This document shows, piece after piece, positions 19,397 through 31,100 of a DNA stretch of 64,000 nt. The stretch comes from Prolixibacteraceae bacterium (lineage in GTDB: Bacteria; Bacteroidota; Bacteroidia; Bacteroidales; Prolixibacteraceae): positions 3,517,761 through 3,581,760 of the forward strand of contig OY760498.1 in NCBI GenBank assembly GCA_963663675.1. Direction: 5' to 3'. The position numbers were made by a program, and so were the translations under genes. Position 1 is the first letter of the stretch, and every line of letters starts with the position of its first letter. The notes under the pieces were generated by a model. That model saw nothing but the letters and a program-made list of their open reading frames with translations. It searched no databases and had not been told where the DNA came from.

Positions 19397-20110
19397 CTAA
19401 TTGCCCTCTTTTACTGTTCCCGAACCAACGATTGTCGATTCAACAGCTGGATTTCCATAATAAATGACACTACCGGATCCTGCAATCTTGCAATTTAGGT
19501 TTTCAACCGCATGGACCGTACAACTACCTGATCCAGATATCAGTACATTGACAACATTAGCTTTAATTCCTGTCGATTTAACTCCGCCCGAACCCGAGAG
19601 ACTCAATTTCAATTCTGATACAACTTCTTCACCGGCAAGTTGCAAGTGACCTGATCCGGACAGACGTGAAGTGACTTTTTCAGCTTTAAGGTTCATCAGC
19701 CTGACAAAGCCGCTGCCACTAACCACGCAATCGAGTATTCTTGAGGAAATAAAATCATCAGCAAAGATCGACCCTGAACCTGAAACCAATAAAGCATCAA
19801 TCTGAGGCATAGAGACATTAACAGTAACTTCTCCCGGATTCCATTTTGAGTCAAACCAGGTGTTGGTAGGATAACGGATAATGAGTCTTCGGTCCTTCAC
19901 CTCAACAATGAGTTTGCCGATCGTCTCATCTTTGGCTGTAGCAGTAACTGACTGATCCGGTCCCTGCAACAGGATCACATTGGCATTGTTTCTGACTGAA
20001 ATTTCAGTAAATGCAGCCAGGTCATATTTCACAGTCCTTTGTTGGGCTTGGAGGACTTGTGCGGATGAAACAAAAAGCAAGAAAGCCAGAACAATTCTAT
20101 AATATCTCAT
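19397..20110 (-). CDS. DUF2807 / GIN-domain (putative adhesin head) protein, secreted
   Basis: ATG at 20110 gives the signal peptide MRYYRIVLAFLLFVSSAQVLQAQ. Periodic SGSG rungs are present (VSGSGS, LSGSGH, LSGSGG, ISGSGS, IAGSGS, IVGSGT). Confidence 0.7.
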   Translation of the reverse strand: MRYYRIVLAFLLFVSSAQVLQAQQRTVKYDLAAFTEISVRNNANVILLQGPDQSVTATAKDETIGKLIVEVKDRRLIIRYPTNTWFDSKWNPGEVTVNVSMPQIDALLVSGSGSIFADDFISSRILDCVVSGSGFVRLMNLKAEKVTSRLSGSGHLQLAGEEVVSELKLSLSGSGGVKSTGIKANVVNVLISGSGSCTVHAVENLNCKIAGSGSVIYYGNPAVESTIVGSGTVKEGN

Positions 20111-20299
20111 AACGCTGATTCTTTTATTACAGGTGAAAAACTTCATTTCAGAATCTGTCAATTGCCATCAAATATATTCATTTGTTTATAATTTGACTTT
20201 AAATTGCCAAATGTAATACCCAAATAATCATTGTCAGTTGGATTGATTATTTTCTGATGGGTATTTCATTATACCTTATTAACCTGCGCCTGAAGGTGA

Positions 20300-21184
20300 C
20301 TATTTCCTGACTTCAATAAAGTGTTTATTTTCAAATGGCCGATATTTAAAAATTTTCTCGAACCAATAAAGCACAAAATATTTTGGTTTGAATTTCTTCC
20401 TTTTCTCAGATAATTCAGGGTGCCAATCCAATTGATCCAGTCTTTTTCGCATAACAGCCGGATGATTATCCCTGAAACGCGTGAGACTATCAATTGATTG
20501 TGAATAATCGTATTCCGAGGAGCTCTGGTTGATGGTTTTAATATGCTTTGAGTCGACCGACCAATAATTCTTACTCCCTTCCAGTTTTTCCATCATTTTT
20601 TTTGGCGGCCTGACCCAACCATAATGATATACCCATGCGTCAATAAACTTGCCTTTAAGCTTTCGGGCATCTTTCCACCTGAAACCCTGTGCATCATTCC
20701 AGGAGCGGATGTTTTTGTCGTTTCGGATTATACGTATCTCGCTTCGGTACCATCTTCTTGAATCAGCTACGTAATCGTATGTACCGTAAAAATGGAGGTA
20801 ATGAAAAATCAGGCCATGAACAGTATTATTGGTGAGATTATCTTTCATGGCGGCACTGATTACCGGAAGGTATTTTTCATGGATAACCTCATCTCCCTGG
20901 ATATAAAAACACCAGTCATATTCTGGTGGAATTGCATCAAATGCTTTGTTGGTTTCTGAAGCAAGCACCCTGCCCTTTTCTTTTAAAGCAGGATCCCACA
21001 CAGTATCGATGATCTGAATTTTATCTGATCCGATGGACTCAATCAACTCCCTGGTGCCATCATTACAGTCTCCGACAGCCACGATAAAATGGTCACATAC
21101 CGGCAAAATTGAAGTGATTGCTTCAACAACAGGATAATCATACAGAACCCCGTTTTTTACAAAACTAAAACCGCAAACTTTCAA
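20300..21184 (-). CDS. glycosyltransferase family 2-like protein
   Basis: N-terminal FSFVKNG...YPVVEAI...VAVGDCNDGT and a later YIQGDEV (DxD-like) fit a GT-A fold. TTG start only. Confidence 0.6.
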   Translation of the reverse strand: MKVCGFSFVKNGVLYDYPVVEAITSILPVCDHFIVAVGDCNDGTRELIESIGSDKIQIIDTVWDPALKEKGRVLASETNKAFDAIPPEYDWCFYIQGDEVIHEKYLPVISAAMKDNLTNNTVHGLIFHYLHFYGTYDYVADSRRWYRSEIRIIRNDKNIRSWNDAQGFRWKDARKLKGKFIDAWVYHYGWVRPPKKMMEKLEGSKNYWSVDSKHIKTINQSSSEYDYSQSIDSLTRFRDNHPAVMRKRLDQLDWHPELSEKRKKFKPKYFVLYWFEKIFKYRPFENKHFIEVRK

Positions 21185-21223
21185 AGGTTTATGCTTTAAA
21201 GTAAATGTTTTACTTTGAGATCA

Positions 21224-22489
21224 CTACACTTCGAACCCGGCAACCGCACCAAAGTCCAAAGTAGCAAAATAATCATCAAGTGTTTCAGCTCTCCTGATTA
21301 AGACAACCTCTCCGTTTTCCCTTCTCAACAATTCTGAAGAACGCAATTTACCATTGTAATTGAATCCCATGGCATGACCATGAGCACCTGTATCGTGAAT
21401 TACAACCAGGTCACCTGGCGTCATTTTGGGTAGAACTCGGTTGATTGCAAATTTATCATTGTTTTCACACAATGACCCTGTCACATCGTACATAAATTTA
21501 GAGGGATTCTCATCATTCCCCAAAACTGTGATATGATGATAAGAACCATACAAAGCTGGACGCATCAGGTTGGCCATACTTGCATCCAGCCCTGCATATT
21601 TTTTGTAGGTATTTTTAATATGAAGTACCCTGGAAACTAAAAATCCATAGGGTCCGGTCATTGCCCTGCCAGACTCAAAATAGATTTTAAGAGGATCAAG
21701 ACCGTTTCCGGCTATATATTGATTATAACTTTTCTGAATTCCTTCGCTCATTCTATCCAGGTCAACAGACTGCTGATCAGTCTTATATGGAATACCAATT
21801 CCCCCACCCAGGTTGGCAAATTCAAACTTAATGCCAAGATTCCGGTAAAGCTCAACAATCAATTCAAAGAGAATATGAGCCGTTTCAACAAAATAATCCG
21901 GATTCAATTCATTCGATGCAACCATTGTATGGATCCCAAACCGTTTGACACCTTTGTCTCGCAATACTTTGTATCCCTCAAAAAGCTGTTCGCGTGTAAA
22001 TCCGTATTTCGCTTCTTCGGGATGTCCAATGATGGCGTTACCTTCTTTCAGAGTACCGGGATTGTAACGGAAACATACCAGTTCAGGCAAGCCAACCTGC
22101 TCCTCGAGGTATTTGATATGGGCAAAATCATCAAGGTTGACAATTGCTCCCAGTTCAATGGCTTTTTTATACTCATATGCCGGTGTGTCGTTCGAAGTAA
22201 ACATGATTTCTTCTCCACGCATACCCAATCTTTCGGCTAACACAAGTTCCGCCATAGAACTGCAGTCGATGCCGAAACCTTCCTGACGCAATATCTTCAT
22301 CAAAAACGGGTTTGGTGCAGATTTTATTGCATAATATTCCTTAAATCCCGGATTCCAGGAGAATGCTTTGAGAAATTTTCTGGCATAATCCCGCATGCCC
22401 TTCTCGTCGTAAATGTGAAACGGAGTTGGATATTTCTCAGCAATCTTTGCTAATTCCTCCCTGGAAAATGGTATCTGCTTTTCGTTCAT
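21224..22489 (-). CDS. lysA: diaminopimelate decarboxylase (group IV PLP-dependent decarboxylase)
   Basis: YPTPFHIYDE, YAIKSAPNP (PLP lysine), GGGIGIPY and CENNDKF motifs. It is adjacent to dapF and dapL. Confidence 0.75.
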   Translation of the reverse strand: MNEKQIPFSREELAKIAEKYPTPFHIYDEKGMRDYARKFLKAFSWNPGFKEYYAIKSAPNPFLMKILRQEGFGIDCSSMAELVLAERLGMRGEEIMFTSNDTPAYEYKKAIELGAIVNLDDFAHIKYLEEQVGLPELVCFRYNPGTLKEGNAIIGHPEEAKYGFTREQLFEGYKVLRDKGVKRFGIHTMVASNELNPDYFVETAHILFELIVELYRNLGIKFEFANLGGGIGIPYKTDQQSVDLDRMSEGIQKSYNQYIAGNGLDPLKIYFESGRAMTGPYGFLVSRVLHIKNTYKKYAGLDASMANLMRPALYGSYHHITVLGNDENPSKFMYDVTGSLCENNDKFAINRVLPKMTPGDLVVIHDTGAHGHAMGFNYNGKLRSSELLRRENGEVVLIRRAETLDDYFATLDFGAVAGFEV

Positions 22490-22510
22490 CTTTGAAAATT
22501 ATTGTCTATG

Positions 22511-22518
22511 CAAATTTA
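22511..22518 (-). promoter_or_regulatory. -7 promoter box TAAATTTG (minus strand) upstream of lysA
   Basis: The plus strand reads CAAATTTA. It lies 22 nt upstream of the lysA ATG at 22489. Confidence 0.4.
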
Positions 22519-22595
22519 CAAAAAAAGCTTGATGGGTTCTATTTAAAATAATTCTAAAAAAAGAAAAAATTGTGATCTAATTGTTAATTAAATAT

Positions 22596-23450
22596 TTACA
22601 AAAACAATTCATTGCTTAAAATGCCACTTGCAATCTCTCTCACCTCCCCGGTAAGTTGAATATTCCATGAAGCATCCACTTCTATTTCCAGGGTACCTCC
22701 CGGCATCCGGACCTCAATAGCGCTGTCTGTCAATCCCTTCTTTACCAGGACAGCTGCAATGGCACTTGACGAGCTGCCCGATGCCTGTGTAAACCCTGCT
22801 CCTCTCTCCCATATCAGAGCTTCAACAGCTTTTCTTGAGACTACCCTTACAAACTGGACATTGATCCTGTTGGGAAACATCGGATGATTTTCAATTAGGG
22901 TTCCCACTCTTTTTATTTCTGCCTCATCCAGATGATCTCTCAAAACTACACAATGGGGATTCCCCACTGAAACACAATGAATATGATAAACATTGCCGTC
23001 AATTGAAAGCGGCTCATTGAAACACTCCACCTTAGAGAAACTTACCGGTATTTGTTCTGCCTCGAAATTAGCCCGTCCAATATCCACCCTTATTACGAAA
23101 GCTCTTCCATTGATCTTTTCCAGGATATGGGCAGTTACAACTCCGCCCAAAGTATGAATTGTAAAGTTGTCCTTGTTGGTAAAACCATAATCGAACAGGT
23201 ATTTGGCGAAGATCCTAAGACCGTTACCACTTTTTTCTGCCTCCGAACCATCCGGATTAAGAATCCTCAGTCCAAAATCCGCATCCAGGGCCGGTACTTT
23301 CAGCAATATCCCGTCAGAGCCAATCCCTATATGAATATTACAAAGTTGCACCGTCTTTTCCCTGGTGAGTTCAAAATCCAAAGTCGACTGGTCCAACACA
23401 ATGTATTCATTCCCAAGTCCGTGTGATTTAACAAAAAAATTCGTTTCCAT
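22596..23450 (-). CDS. dapF: diaminopimelate epimerase
   Basis: KSHGLGNEYIVLD, SGNGLRIF, VSVGNPHCV and ERGAGFTQASGSS motifs with the two catalytic-Cys-type contexts. Confidence 0.9.
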   Translation of the reverse strand: METNFFVKSHGLGNEYIVLDQSTLDFELTREKTVQLCNIHIGIGSDGILLKVPALDADFGLRILNPDGSEAEKSGNGLRIFAKYLFDYGFTNKDNFTIHTLGGVVTAHILEKINGRAFVIRVDIGRANFEAEQIPVSFSKVECFNEPLSIDGNVYHIHCVSVGNPHCVVLRDHLDEAEIKRVGTLIENHPMFPNRINVQFVRVVSRKAVEALIWERGAGFTQASGSSSSAIAAVLVKKGLTDSAIEVRMPGGTLEIEVDASWNIQLTGEVREIASGILSNELFL

Positions 23451-23501
23451 AAGCCCTCATATTACAATGTTTGCTGTAAAAGTACCCAAAAATTTATTTT
23501 G

Positions 23502-23509
23502 TATCTTTG
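23502..23509 (+). promoter_or_regulatory. -7-like box TATCTTTG on the plus strand, 0.45 kb upstream of dapL
   Basis: Exact TAnnTTTG, directly followed by the palindrome at 23513-23529. The target transcript is unclear. Confidence 0.3.
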
Positions 23510-23512
23510 TCC

Positions 23513-23529
23513 GGACAACATTGTTGTCC
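23513..23529. promoter_or_regulatory. perfect 17-bp palindrome GGACAACA-T-TGTTGTCC, candidate operator
   Basis: 8+1+8 inverted repeat in the dapF/dapL divergent region. It sits 63-79 nt upstream of the dapF start and abuts a -7 box. Confidence 0.35.
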
Positions 23530-23957
23530 TGGAAAATTCTTCTGAGGAGAGTCAGATTGAAATATAAAATTTATTTAGCTAAAGGCTCCCGGGTAATCTT
23601 ATCATCCAATAATGTTCAGAAATACTTAGAAACTGTTTAGAGTTCTTACACAGAGAATTTATTGTTCAATAATGAAAATAAAAGCAGCCATGAAATTGAC
23701 GCAAGAAACAAAATACCCAAGAGAAAAAAAGAGCATGACAGAGAGAAAAATCGACCGTGATTTTCCAACTCCGTGTTACTTTGGGGTTTCGTTCTTCAAA
23801 ATTCATAAATGCGGAAATTTCTATACATCCTATAATTTAGATTAATAGAAGATTATTGTCTGTGTAATCAAATAGAACAGTCTCTTAGAGCCAATTCTCA
23901 CTCCTCATTAGCTAAAAAATTCTTCGTAAATTACTGATTTATAATATCGTTACCCGT

Positions 23958-25199
23958 ATGGCAAAAATTAATGAAAATTATCTGAAACTTAAGGCAGGCT
24001 ATCTGTTCCCTGAAATTGGACGCCGGGTTAGGGAATTCGCAGCGGCAAACCCAGGCAAGGAAATTATCAGAATGGGCATCGGTGATGTTACTCAGCCCCT
24101 TTCTCCCTCTGTGATCAAGGCTTTCCATGAAGGTGTGGAGGAGATGGCTTCATTGTCCACATTCAAAGGATATGGCCCGGAACAGGGGTATGATTTCCTA
24201 CGCGAAGCAATCGCAAAAAACGATTACTATTCCAGGGGGGTAAATATTTCGCCTGATGAAATATTTGTTTCAGACGGTTCGAAATGCGATACCGGCAATA
24301 TCCAGGAAATTTTTGGAAGCGACAACAAAATAGCAATCTGTGACCCTGTTTATCCGGTCTATGCAGATACAACCGTGATGTCCGGCAAGACCGGAACCTG
24401 TAAAGCAAACGGGTATTTTGACGGAATCATCTACATGCCCTGTAATGAGCAGAATGCATTTCTTCCTGATCTTCCCTCGGAACGACCAGATTTAATTTTC
24501 CTCTGTTTTCCAAATAACCCGACCGGAACTGTTGCTTCCAAAGAAGTATTACAAAAATGGGTTGACTATGCCATTAAAAACCAGTGCATTATATTTTTCG
24601 ATGCTGCATATGAGGCATTTATTACAGATCCGGCCATTCCACATTCAATTTATGAGATCGAAGGAGCTAAAAAAGTAGCCATTGAGTTCAGGAGTTTTTC
24701 CAAAACTGCAGGGTTCACTGGTACGCGTTGCGCCTTCACCGTAATTCCAGATGAACTGAACGCATATGACAGCCTGGGTGAACCGCACCAGGTAAAACCC
24801 TTATGGATGAGAAGGCATACGACCAAATTCAACGGAGTATCCTACCCTGTACAGAAAGCTGCCGCAGCTGTCTATTCCGAAAAAGGTGCAATAGAGGTAA
24901 AATCGGTTATAGCCTATTACCTTGAGAATGCCCGTATCATGGTGAATAGTTTAAAAGAACAGGGATTTACCGTTTTTGGTGGTGTTAATGCTCCATACGT
25001 CTGGGTGAAAACAAAAAATGGGCTTAATTCTTGGGAATTTTTTGACCTTCTTCTCCATGAGGCGAATGTTGTTGGAACGCCCGGTTCCGGATTCGGCCCT
25101 TCGGGTGAAGGATATTTCAGATTTTCTGCTTTTGCTGAAAGAGAAAATGTAATCAAGGCAATGGAGAGGCTTAAATCACTAATAGATCTTAAATCCTGA
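23958..25199 (+). CDS. dapL: LL-diaminopimelate aminotransferase
   Basis: [21 protein letters not shown]-terminus is typical of DapL. Class I aminotransferase motifs are present ([16 protein letters not shown]). Confidence 0.85.
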   Translation: MAKINENYLKLKAGYLFPEIGRRVREFAAANPGKEIIRMGIGDVTQPLSPSVIKAFHEGVEEMASLSTFKGYGPEQGYDFLREAIAKNDYYSRGVNISPDEIFVSDGSKCDTGNIQEIFGSDNKIAICDPVYPVYADTTVMSGKTGTCKANGYFDGIIYMPCNEQNAFLPDLPSERPDLIFLCFPNNPTGTVASKEVLQKWVDYAIKNQCIIFFDAAYEAFITDPAIPHSIYEIEGAKKVAIEFRSFSKTAGFTGTRCAFTVIPDELNAYDSLGEPHQVKPLWMRRHTTKFNGVSYPVQKAAAAVYSEKGAIEVKSVIAYYLENARIMVNSLKEQGFTVFGGVNAPYVWVKTKNGLNSWEFFDLLLHEANVVGTPGSGFGPSGEGYFRFSAFAERENVIKAMERLKSLIDLKS

Positions 25200-25307
25200 G
25201 TTATAAAATGTGAAAAATGAGATTTGAGTACTCATAATTCATAACTTTGGAGTTAGTTTGTAGCCGGGGCACTTAAACATTAGTTCACTTTTGGAACATT
25301 CAGGGTC

Positions 25308-26063
25308 ATGAGATATTATAAATGGCTGATTATATTTACATTATGGATTAGCCTACCGGTGGCAGGGTTTTCTCAGTTATACTTTCCTGAGGATATGATC
25401 AAAGTCACGGCCCAGATACTGGATGATTTAAGCGGCTTGCCTGTACCTTATGTAAATGTGATAAACCAGAGAGTCAGGGGAGGCACAATGACAGATAAGG
25501 AAGGAAAATTTTCATTGCAAGCCGATCCTTCAGATACACTGAGTTTTAAATCATTGGGATATATTGACAAGCGGGTTCCTGTAAGTGAACTGATTAAGGA
25601 AAATGCTGTTGTGACAATGGCCCCTGTCAGGTACCAGCTTGGAGGGGTAGAAATTACCGGCGAAGGCAGGAAGGTCAACATGACAGGTATCCCCACTGCC
25701 AAAATGAGCAAAACACCAGCAGAATTACGTGGTGAATTCGATAAAAAGCCGGGTGTTCTGACAGCCTTGTTTCATCCTACATCCTACCTTTATTACAAGT
25801 TCAACAAGGACGAAAAGGAAAAACGTAATACTATTGCCGCCATCAGGTCGGACAGGGAATGGCAATTATTTTCACTTGTATATAACAAGGAAATTGCAGG
25901 ACGTCTTACCGGGCTTGAGGGAGAGGAACTTGATAATTTCATGGTCTATTTCAATGCTTTCAGCAACCTTCGGTTCAGTGCTACAACGTATGAAGTTGAA
26001 AAAAGAGTAAAAGAGATATTCGCGGAGTACAAGGAGAAAAAAATAGTGAATGATTCTAAATGA
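25308..26063 (+). CDS. hypothetical secreted protein with carboxypeptidase-regulatory-like (CarboxypepD_reg) domain
   Basis: Signal peptide. VNVINQRVRGGTMTDKEGKFSLQADPSDTLSFKSLGY is a typical CarboxypepD_reg beta-sandwich motif. Confidence 0.55.
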   Translation: MRYYKWLIIFTLWISLPVAGFSQLYFPEDMIKVTAQILDDLSGLPVPYVNVINQRVRGGTMTDKEGKFSLQADPSDTLSFKSLGYIDKRVPVSELIKENAVVTMAPVRYQLGGVEITGEGRKVNMTGIPTAKMSKTPAELRGEFDKKPGVLTALFHPTSYLYYKFNKDEKEKRNTIAAIRSDREWQLFSLVYNKEIAGRLTGLEGEELDNFMVYFNAFSNLRFSATTYEVEKRVKEIFAEYKEKKIVNDSK

Positions 26064-26148
26064 AGTTATTTGATTCCGAAGAAACAAAATACAGGCACTT
26101 GAACAATAGACAGACAAGAACTATCACTCATAAATCAAAATTCAAAAA

Positions 26149-27093
26149 ATGCGCCTTCCAGCTTATACTGATATTGAGATTGCCCATAAGCTTATCAAAC
26201 CCTTTATTCACAAAACACCGGTACTGACCAGTCAAAGCATCAATCAACTGATGGGTTGCAATCTCTTTTTTAAATGTGAAAACTTTCAAAAAGTCGGGGC
26301 ATTCAAGTTCAGGGGAGCGACCAATGCTGTTCTCAGTTTAAGTGAAGAAGAGGCAATGTCCGGAGTTGGAACCCACTCCTCGGGCAATCATGCAGCAGCC
26401 CTCGCTCTCGCGGCAAAAATGCGCGGCATAAATGCACACATTGTGATGCCTTCCAATGCACCTGAAATAAAGAAAATTGCCGTAGCTGGTTATGGAGCAC
26501 AAATTACTTTTTGTGAACCAACGCTTAAGGCCCGGGAAGAAACATTGCAGAAGATTACTAATGAACTGAACCTTACCATTGTACACCCCTACAATAATTT
26601 TAATGTTATTTGTGGTCAGGGAACCGTGGCCCTCGAACTTCTGGAAGAAATCAAAGCACTTGACGTTGTCATATGTCCTGTTGGCGGAGGAGGACTGCTG
26701 TCTGGAACTGCAATATCCACCAAAGCTTTGAATCCGGGTTGTAAAATTATTGCTGCAGAGCCCAAAGGTGCTGATGACGCTTTTCAGTCATTCAGGGATG
26801 GCTATATCCATTCATCAGTCAATCCGAAGACAATAGCCGACGGACTGCTGACTTCCCTTGGAGAATTAAACTTTGCGGTTATACAACCAAATGTTGATGA
26901 AATCATTACTACTTCAGAAGAATCTATCATTGCAGCCATGCGAATGATATGGGAAAGAATGAAGATAATCATTGAACCCTCCAGTGCTGTTCCATTGGCA
27001 GTTGTTATGGACAACAAGGAAAAATTCGCTGGAAGGAGAATTGGTATTATCTTGTCCGGCGGGAATGTTGATCTGGCTAAACTGCCGTTTTAA
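26149..27093 (+). CDS. PLP-dependent serine/threonine dehydratase family (serine racemase-like)
   Basis: FKCENFQKVGAFKFRGA (PLP lysine), SSGNHAAA, GGGGLLSG. Confidence 0.8.
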   Translation: MRLPAYTDIEIAHKLIKPFIHKTPVLTSQSINQLMGCNLFFKCENFQKVGAFKFRGATNAVLSLSEEEAMSGVGTHSSGNHAAALALAAKMRGINAHIVMPSNAPEIKKIAVAGYGAQITFCEPTLKAREETLQKITNELNLTIVHPYNNFNVICGQGTVALELLEEIKALDVVICPVGGGGLLSGTAISTKALNPGCKIIAAEPKGADDAFQSFRDGYIHSSVNPKTIADGLLTSLGELNFAVIQPNVDEIITTSEESIIAAMRMIWERMKIIIEPSSAVPLAVVMDNKEKFAGRRIGIILSGGNVDLAKLPF

Positions 27094-27170
27094 TATCTCT
27101 AACTCAGGAGTAGCGGAATTCATACATATTTCATATGCTCCCATGAATCGCCTTAATATGAACACTCTGC

Positions 27171-28121
27171 TTAGAAATACCTTGGGGTAAACCGGCAATA
27201 CCTTTTCCTCTTGTATGGGAAATCATAGCTTAGCATAAATTCATGCGTACCGGCGTTGTATTGAGTAGGGCGAAAAGTAGTGAGGTCATAAGCATAACCG
27301 AATTTAACCCCATTGGTTATGTAAAGCTGGAAAAGTAGTCCATATGAATTCTGTAACCGATAGGTAGCACCTATCCAAAGCTTGTCATAAAACAATGCGG
27401 TAGCAGAAAAATCGACAACAGTTGGCGTATTTTCACTCCATCTTGCCAAAGCCGTTGGTTTAAACTTAACATTATCCGTCATTTCCACAACATAACCACC
27501 CATGATGTAAAAATTCATCTCTTCATGGTAAACTGACTCCCCGCTATTGGAAGTAATTTTGTTTTTAAAAATTTTAGGAACAGATGCTCCAATGAAAAAA
27601 TCATCAGCATGCCATAAAAAACCAACACCAAAATTTGGAAGTATCTTTTTGCTAATATCATAGGTGGCGACAGGATCATTTGGATCATTTACGATCAAAT
27701 CTGACAGCATTGCATCATAAATATTAAAACCTCCTTTGATCCCAAAGGAGAGATATCTGTCATCTTCAAGTAATATCCGGTAGGAATAATCGCCATAAAA
27801 GCCAGTTTGCCTAACAGGACCATACCTGTCAGTAACGAGGGAAAATCCCAAACCAACATTGTACTTTCTGAATGGGCCCTGTATTGTAAGAGTACTCGTG
27901 TTAGGAGCACCATCAAAACCAACCCACTGAATCCTGGATAAAGCGGTTACGTTCACATAACCGGACATCCCTGCATAAGCAGGCTGAACTGTAAGCAAAT
28001 TGTTCATATACTGATTGAACACAGGATCCTGCTGAGCATACAAAATTGTCCGGAATCCGAAAAAACAGACTCCAAAAACAACGACGAACAAACCCTTAAA
28101 TAGAATATTTTTGAACTTCAA
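27171..28121 (-). CDS. T9SS membrane protein, PorP/SprF family
   Basis: Signal peptide, then QQDPVFNQYMNNLLTVQPAYAG, the family hallmark. Beta-barrel-like alternating pattern with C-terminal RYF. The TTG start is 33 nt after the stop of the giant type-B CTD gene. Confidence 0.85.
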   Translation of the reverse strand: MKFKNILFKGLFVVVFGVCFFGFRTILYAQQDPVFNQYMNNLLTVQPAYAGMSGYVNVTALSRIQWVGFDGAPNTSTLTIQGPFRKYNVGLGFSLVTDRYGPVRQTGFYGDYSYRILLEDDRYLSFGIKGGFNIYDAMLSDLIVNDPNDPVATYDISKKILPNFGVGFLWHADDFFIGASVPKIFKNKITSNSGESVYHEEMNFYIMGGYVVEMTDNVKFKPTALARWSENTPTVVDFSATALFYDKLWIGATYRLQNSYGLLFQLYITNGVKFGYAYDLTTFRPTQYNAGTHEFMLSYDFPYKRKRYCRFTPRYF

Positions 28122-28154
28122 AGTTTAATATATTAACAGGGTAATTTTACAAAT

Positions 28155-31100
28155 TTAATAATATACATAGACATATCCTTTCAACATTTGACCTCCAGAA
28201 CCACCCAGTTTAAGAATGTAAAAATAAATTCCTGGTGCAACAATGTTATTTTTGGCAAAAGTTGATTCCTGGTATTTTCCATCCCATGCATTTTCAGGCA
28301 GCTCATAATTACTATTTTGAAAGACCAATTGTCCTGATCGGGTGAAAATAGACATTTGTGAATTCTTATAGTCTGAGCCATTTAAACCATCAATAATAAA
28401 GGTATCATTTAAACCATCCCCGTTTGGAGTAATCAATTGCGGAACAGTAGGAAGCTCCCTTACATAGACTCTTTGTGTACAAGTATCCACCAGGCCAACC
28501 TGATCCGTCACAGTCCAAACAACGTAAGTTAATCCTTTTCTGAACTTTTCAGGCGCATCATTGTATAGTGTATCAATTGCGCAGTTATCTGAAACAACCG
28601 GACGACCAAGCTTAATAGTGTATTTATTTGGCGAACCATCTGTTGATTTTATATAGGATACATTAATATCAACATCTTTAGGACAATCTATAACAGGGGG
28701 TGAAACATCCAGAACATCTATATAAACACTGTCTTTTTCGACACATCCCTTTGGACTGGTAAGCGTAATTTTTTGCCACCCAGCAGACAATCTGGTGGCT
28801 TCACGTGTGGTCTGGACCGGAGAAGTATCCCACTCATATGTGTAGCTGTTAAGTATGTATGGATCAGTAATTCCGTTGATCGTATCAATCCTGGCAGTTC
28901 CATTGATATCACTCATACATTGAATTGATTTGATTGCAAACCCTAATTTTAATGGTGTTGGTGCCAGTACATCGCCGGTAAATGCAGCAGCACACATTTT
29001 TGCATCAGTTACTAGGACGGTATAGGTACCTGAAGGCAGATTGGTTGCTGTCTGTGTTGTCTGAACAGGTTGAGTACTCCACTGATAGGTAAATGGTGCC
29101 GTTCCCATGGTTACATTCACAGTTAAAGCGCCGGTAGAATCCCCTTTGCAATTTAATTCGGATGAAATGACCACGTTGGCCCTTAACGAATCCGGCTGAG
29201 TAACCATGACAGGTTTAATATCAGAACACTTTCCTCCTGATGTAGTTCCCTTAATATAATAGAGCCCGGCAGCTACGCTTTTGGGTGATACAAGCGCAGA
29301 TGTTGCATTTGAGTCAGTCCAATAGCTTAAAAATAATCCTGTAGTAGAACCTGCAGTCACTGCAGGCAATGTCAAGTCAGCGGTTGTACCGGTGCAGGAT
29401 TTCAGAATCGGATTATTTATAACCAATTTTGGAACAGTAACGACCACAATAAATTTGGTTACTGTGCATGCCCCACCAGGCAGTGTGTATTGGATAGGAT
29501 GCGTACCCGGACCTGCCAATTTAGGATCAAATACATTTCCATTCATTCCAGGACCAGTAAATGTACCTCCACTAGGTGTAACCGACAGTGGCATAGGCGA
29601 ATCAGAAACGCAGAATGGACCGTAAGCACCATTGAATGTTACCGTTGTAACACTTATATCAGTCTGGAAGACATTTTTACACCCATTACTATTGGTAATC
29701 TGAAGGGCATATTTACCAGCATTGACACCGGTCATATTCGTTATCTGCGGATTTTGATCCTGTGAAATAAAGCCGTCGGGTCCTGTCCAATCATAGCGAG
29801 TCATACCTGAAGGTCCTCCCTTAAGGATTAAAGTACTACCCTCACAGACAGGATTCATATTCGGAACGATTGTCGGAATTGGCACCGATGCATAAAATGA
29901 CACAGTTACTTTAGTGGAAAATGTACATCCGGCCTTGTCAACCACAGTAAGTGTATAATCCCCCGTAGCAGTCGCAGGATTGGCATTGTTCAACGTGGGG
30001 CTTTGTAAATTAGAGACGAAACCGTTAGGACCAGTCCATTTGTAACTAGCCATACCATTGGGTTCTCCTCTTAAACGGAGAGTATCCCCGCCACACACCG
30101 GGCTATTGGAGGTTGCTTTAGGCTGAAATGGCACAGGGGTAATGGTTTTTGAAGCTTCACAGCCGTTCCAGTCCACCACGGTTAATTTAAACGTCTGTGG
30201 AGGATTTGGATAAGGTATGGCTGGAGGATTTTGCTGATTCCAGGTTGACCCATTTTGATCTGACCATGTATAAGAAGTCATTCCGTTTGGACCAGCCTTT
30301 AATTGCAGGGTACCAGCCGGACAGACTGTTGTAGCCTCGGCAATAGGAATGGGTAATGGCTTAAAGGAGACACTGACAGTATCAGATGAGGTTGCATTGT
30401 TGGAATTTGTTACGATCAGGGTATAAACACCACTATTGACAATGCTGACATTGTTGATAGAAGGATTTTGTTCAGAAGACGTAAATCCGTTAGGGCCCGA
30501 CCATGCATATGATTTCATGTTATCCGGGTAACCTGAAAGGTACAATGTTGAACCAATGCAGACTGGAAGTTGAGCTTCTGCCCTGGCAATATCAAGCAAG
30601 ACAATAACTGAATCAGTTGCAGAACATCCTGCCGGAGAAGTGACAGTCAGTTTGTACTTCCCTGCTGCAGCTTCCGTGACGTTAGGTATAATCACGTCCA
30701 TAGTGAAGAAATTAAACCCATTCGGATCAGTCCAAACAAAAGTATTACCGGGTACATCCGGTCCTCCCTTAAGTTGTAATGTCTGCCCCAGTGATAGCGG
30801 ACTGTTCGATGCAGCACTGGCAGTTATAGAAATTAGTGAAAGTTTAACCGCAGTTCTGGTTAAACTGGTACACGTCGTGATGTTATCAACACTTTCCGCA
30901 TAATATACGGCTGTAGAATTGGCAACATTCAAAGTAGGATTCGCAATTGCAAGTCCTCCAGATGGCTGATTGTACCAGACAATTGAAGTGCCGGGGGCAG
31001 GTGAGATGCTTTTATTCGCGTCAAGTACCTGTAGCGGATTTTGGGCACATTCTATAATATCACCGGTACTAACTGGAGCAGCAGGAGCCTGCAGTACAGT

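Noticed and set aside
23672-23845. 57-codon ORF (MKIKAAMKLTQETKYPREKKSMTERK...) as a lysine-rich attenuation leader peptide for dapL.
   Set aside because: The Lys codons are scattered rather than clustered and no terminator/antiterminator pair follows. The Lys richness is expected from the A-rich sequence.
23451-23957. Lysine riboswitch (L-box) in the long leader upstream of dapL.
   Set aside because: The region is AT-rich and I could not find the conserved G-rich L-box core segments by eye. This needs an Infernal scan to exclude formally.
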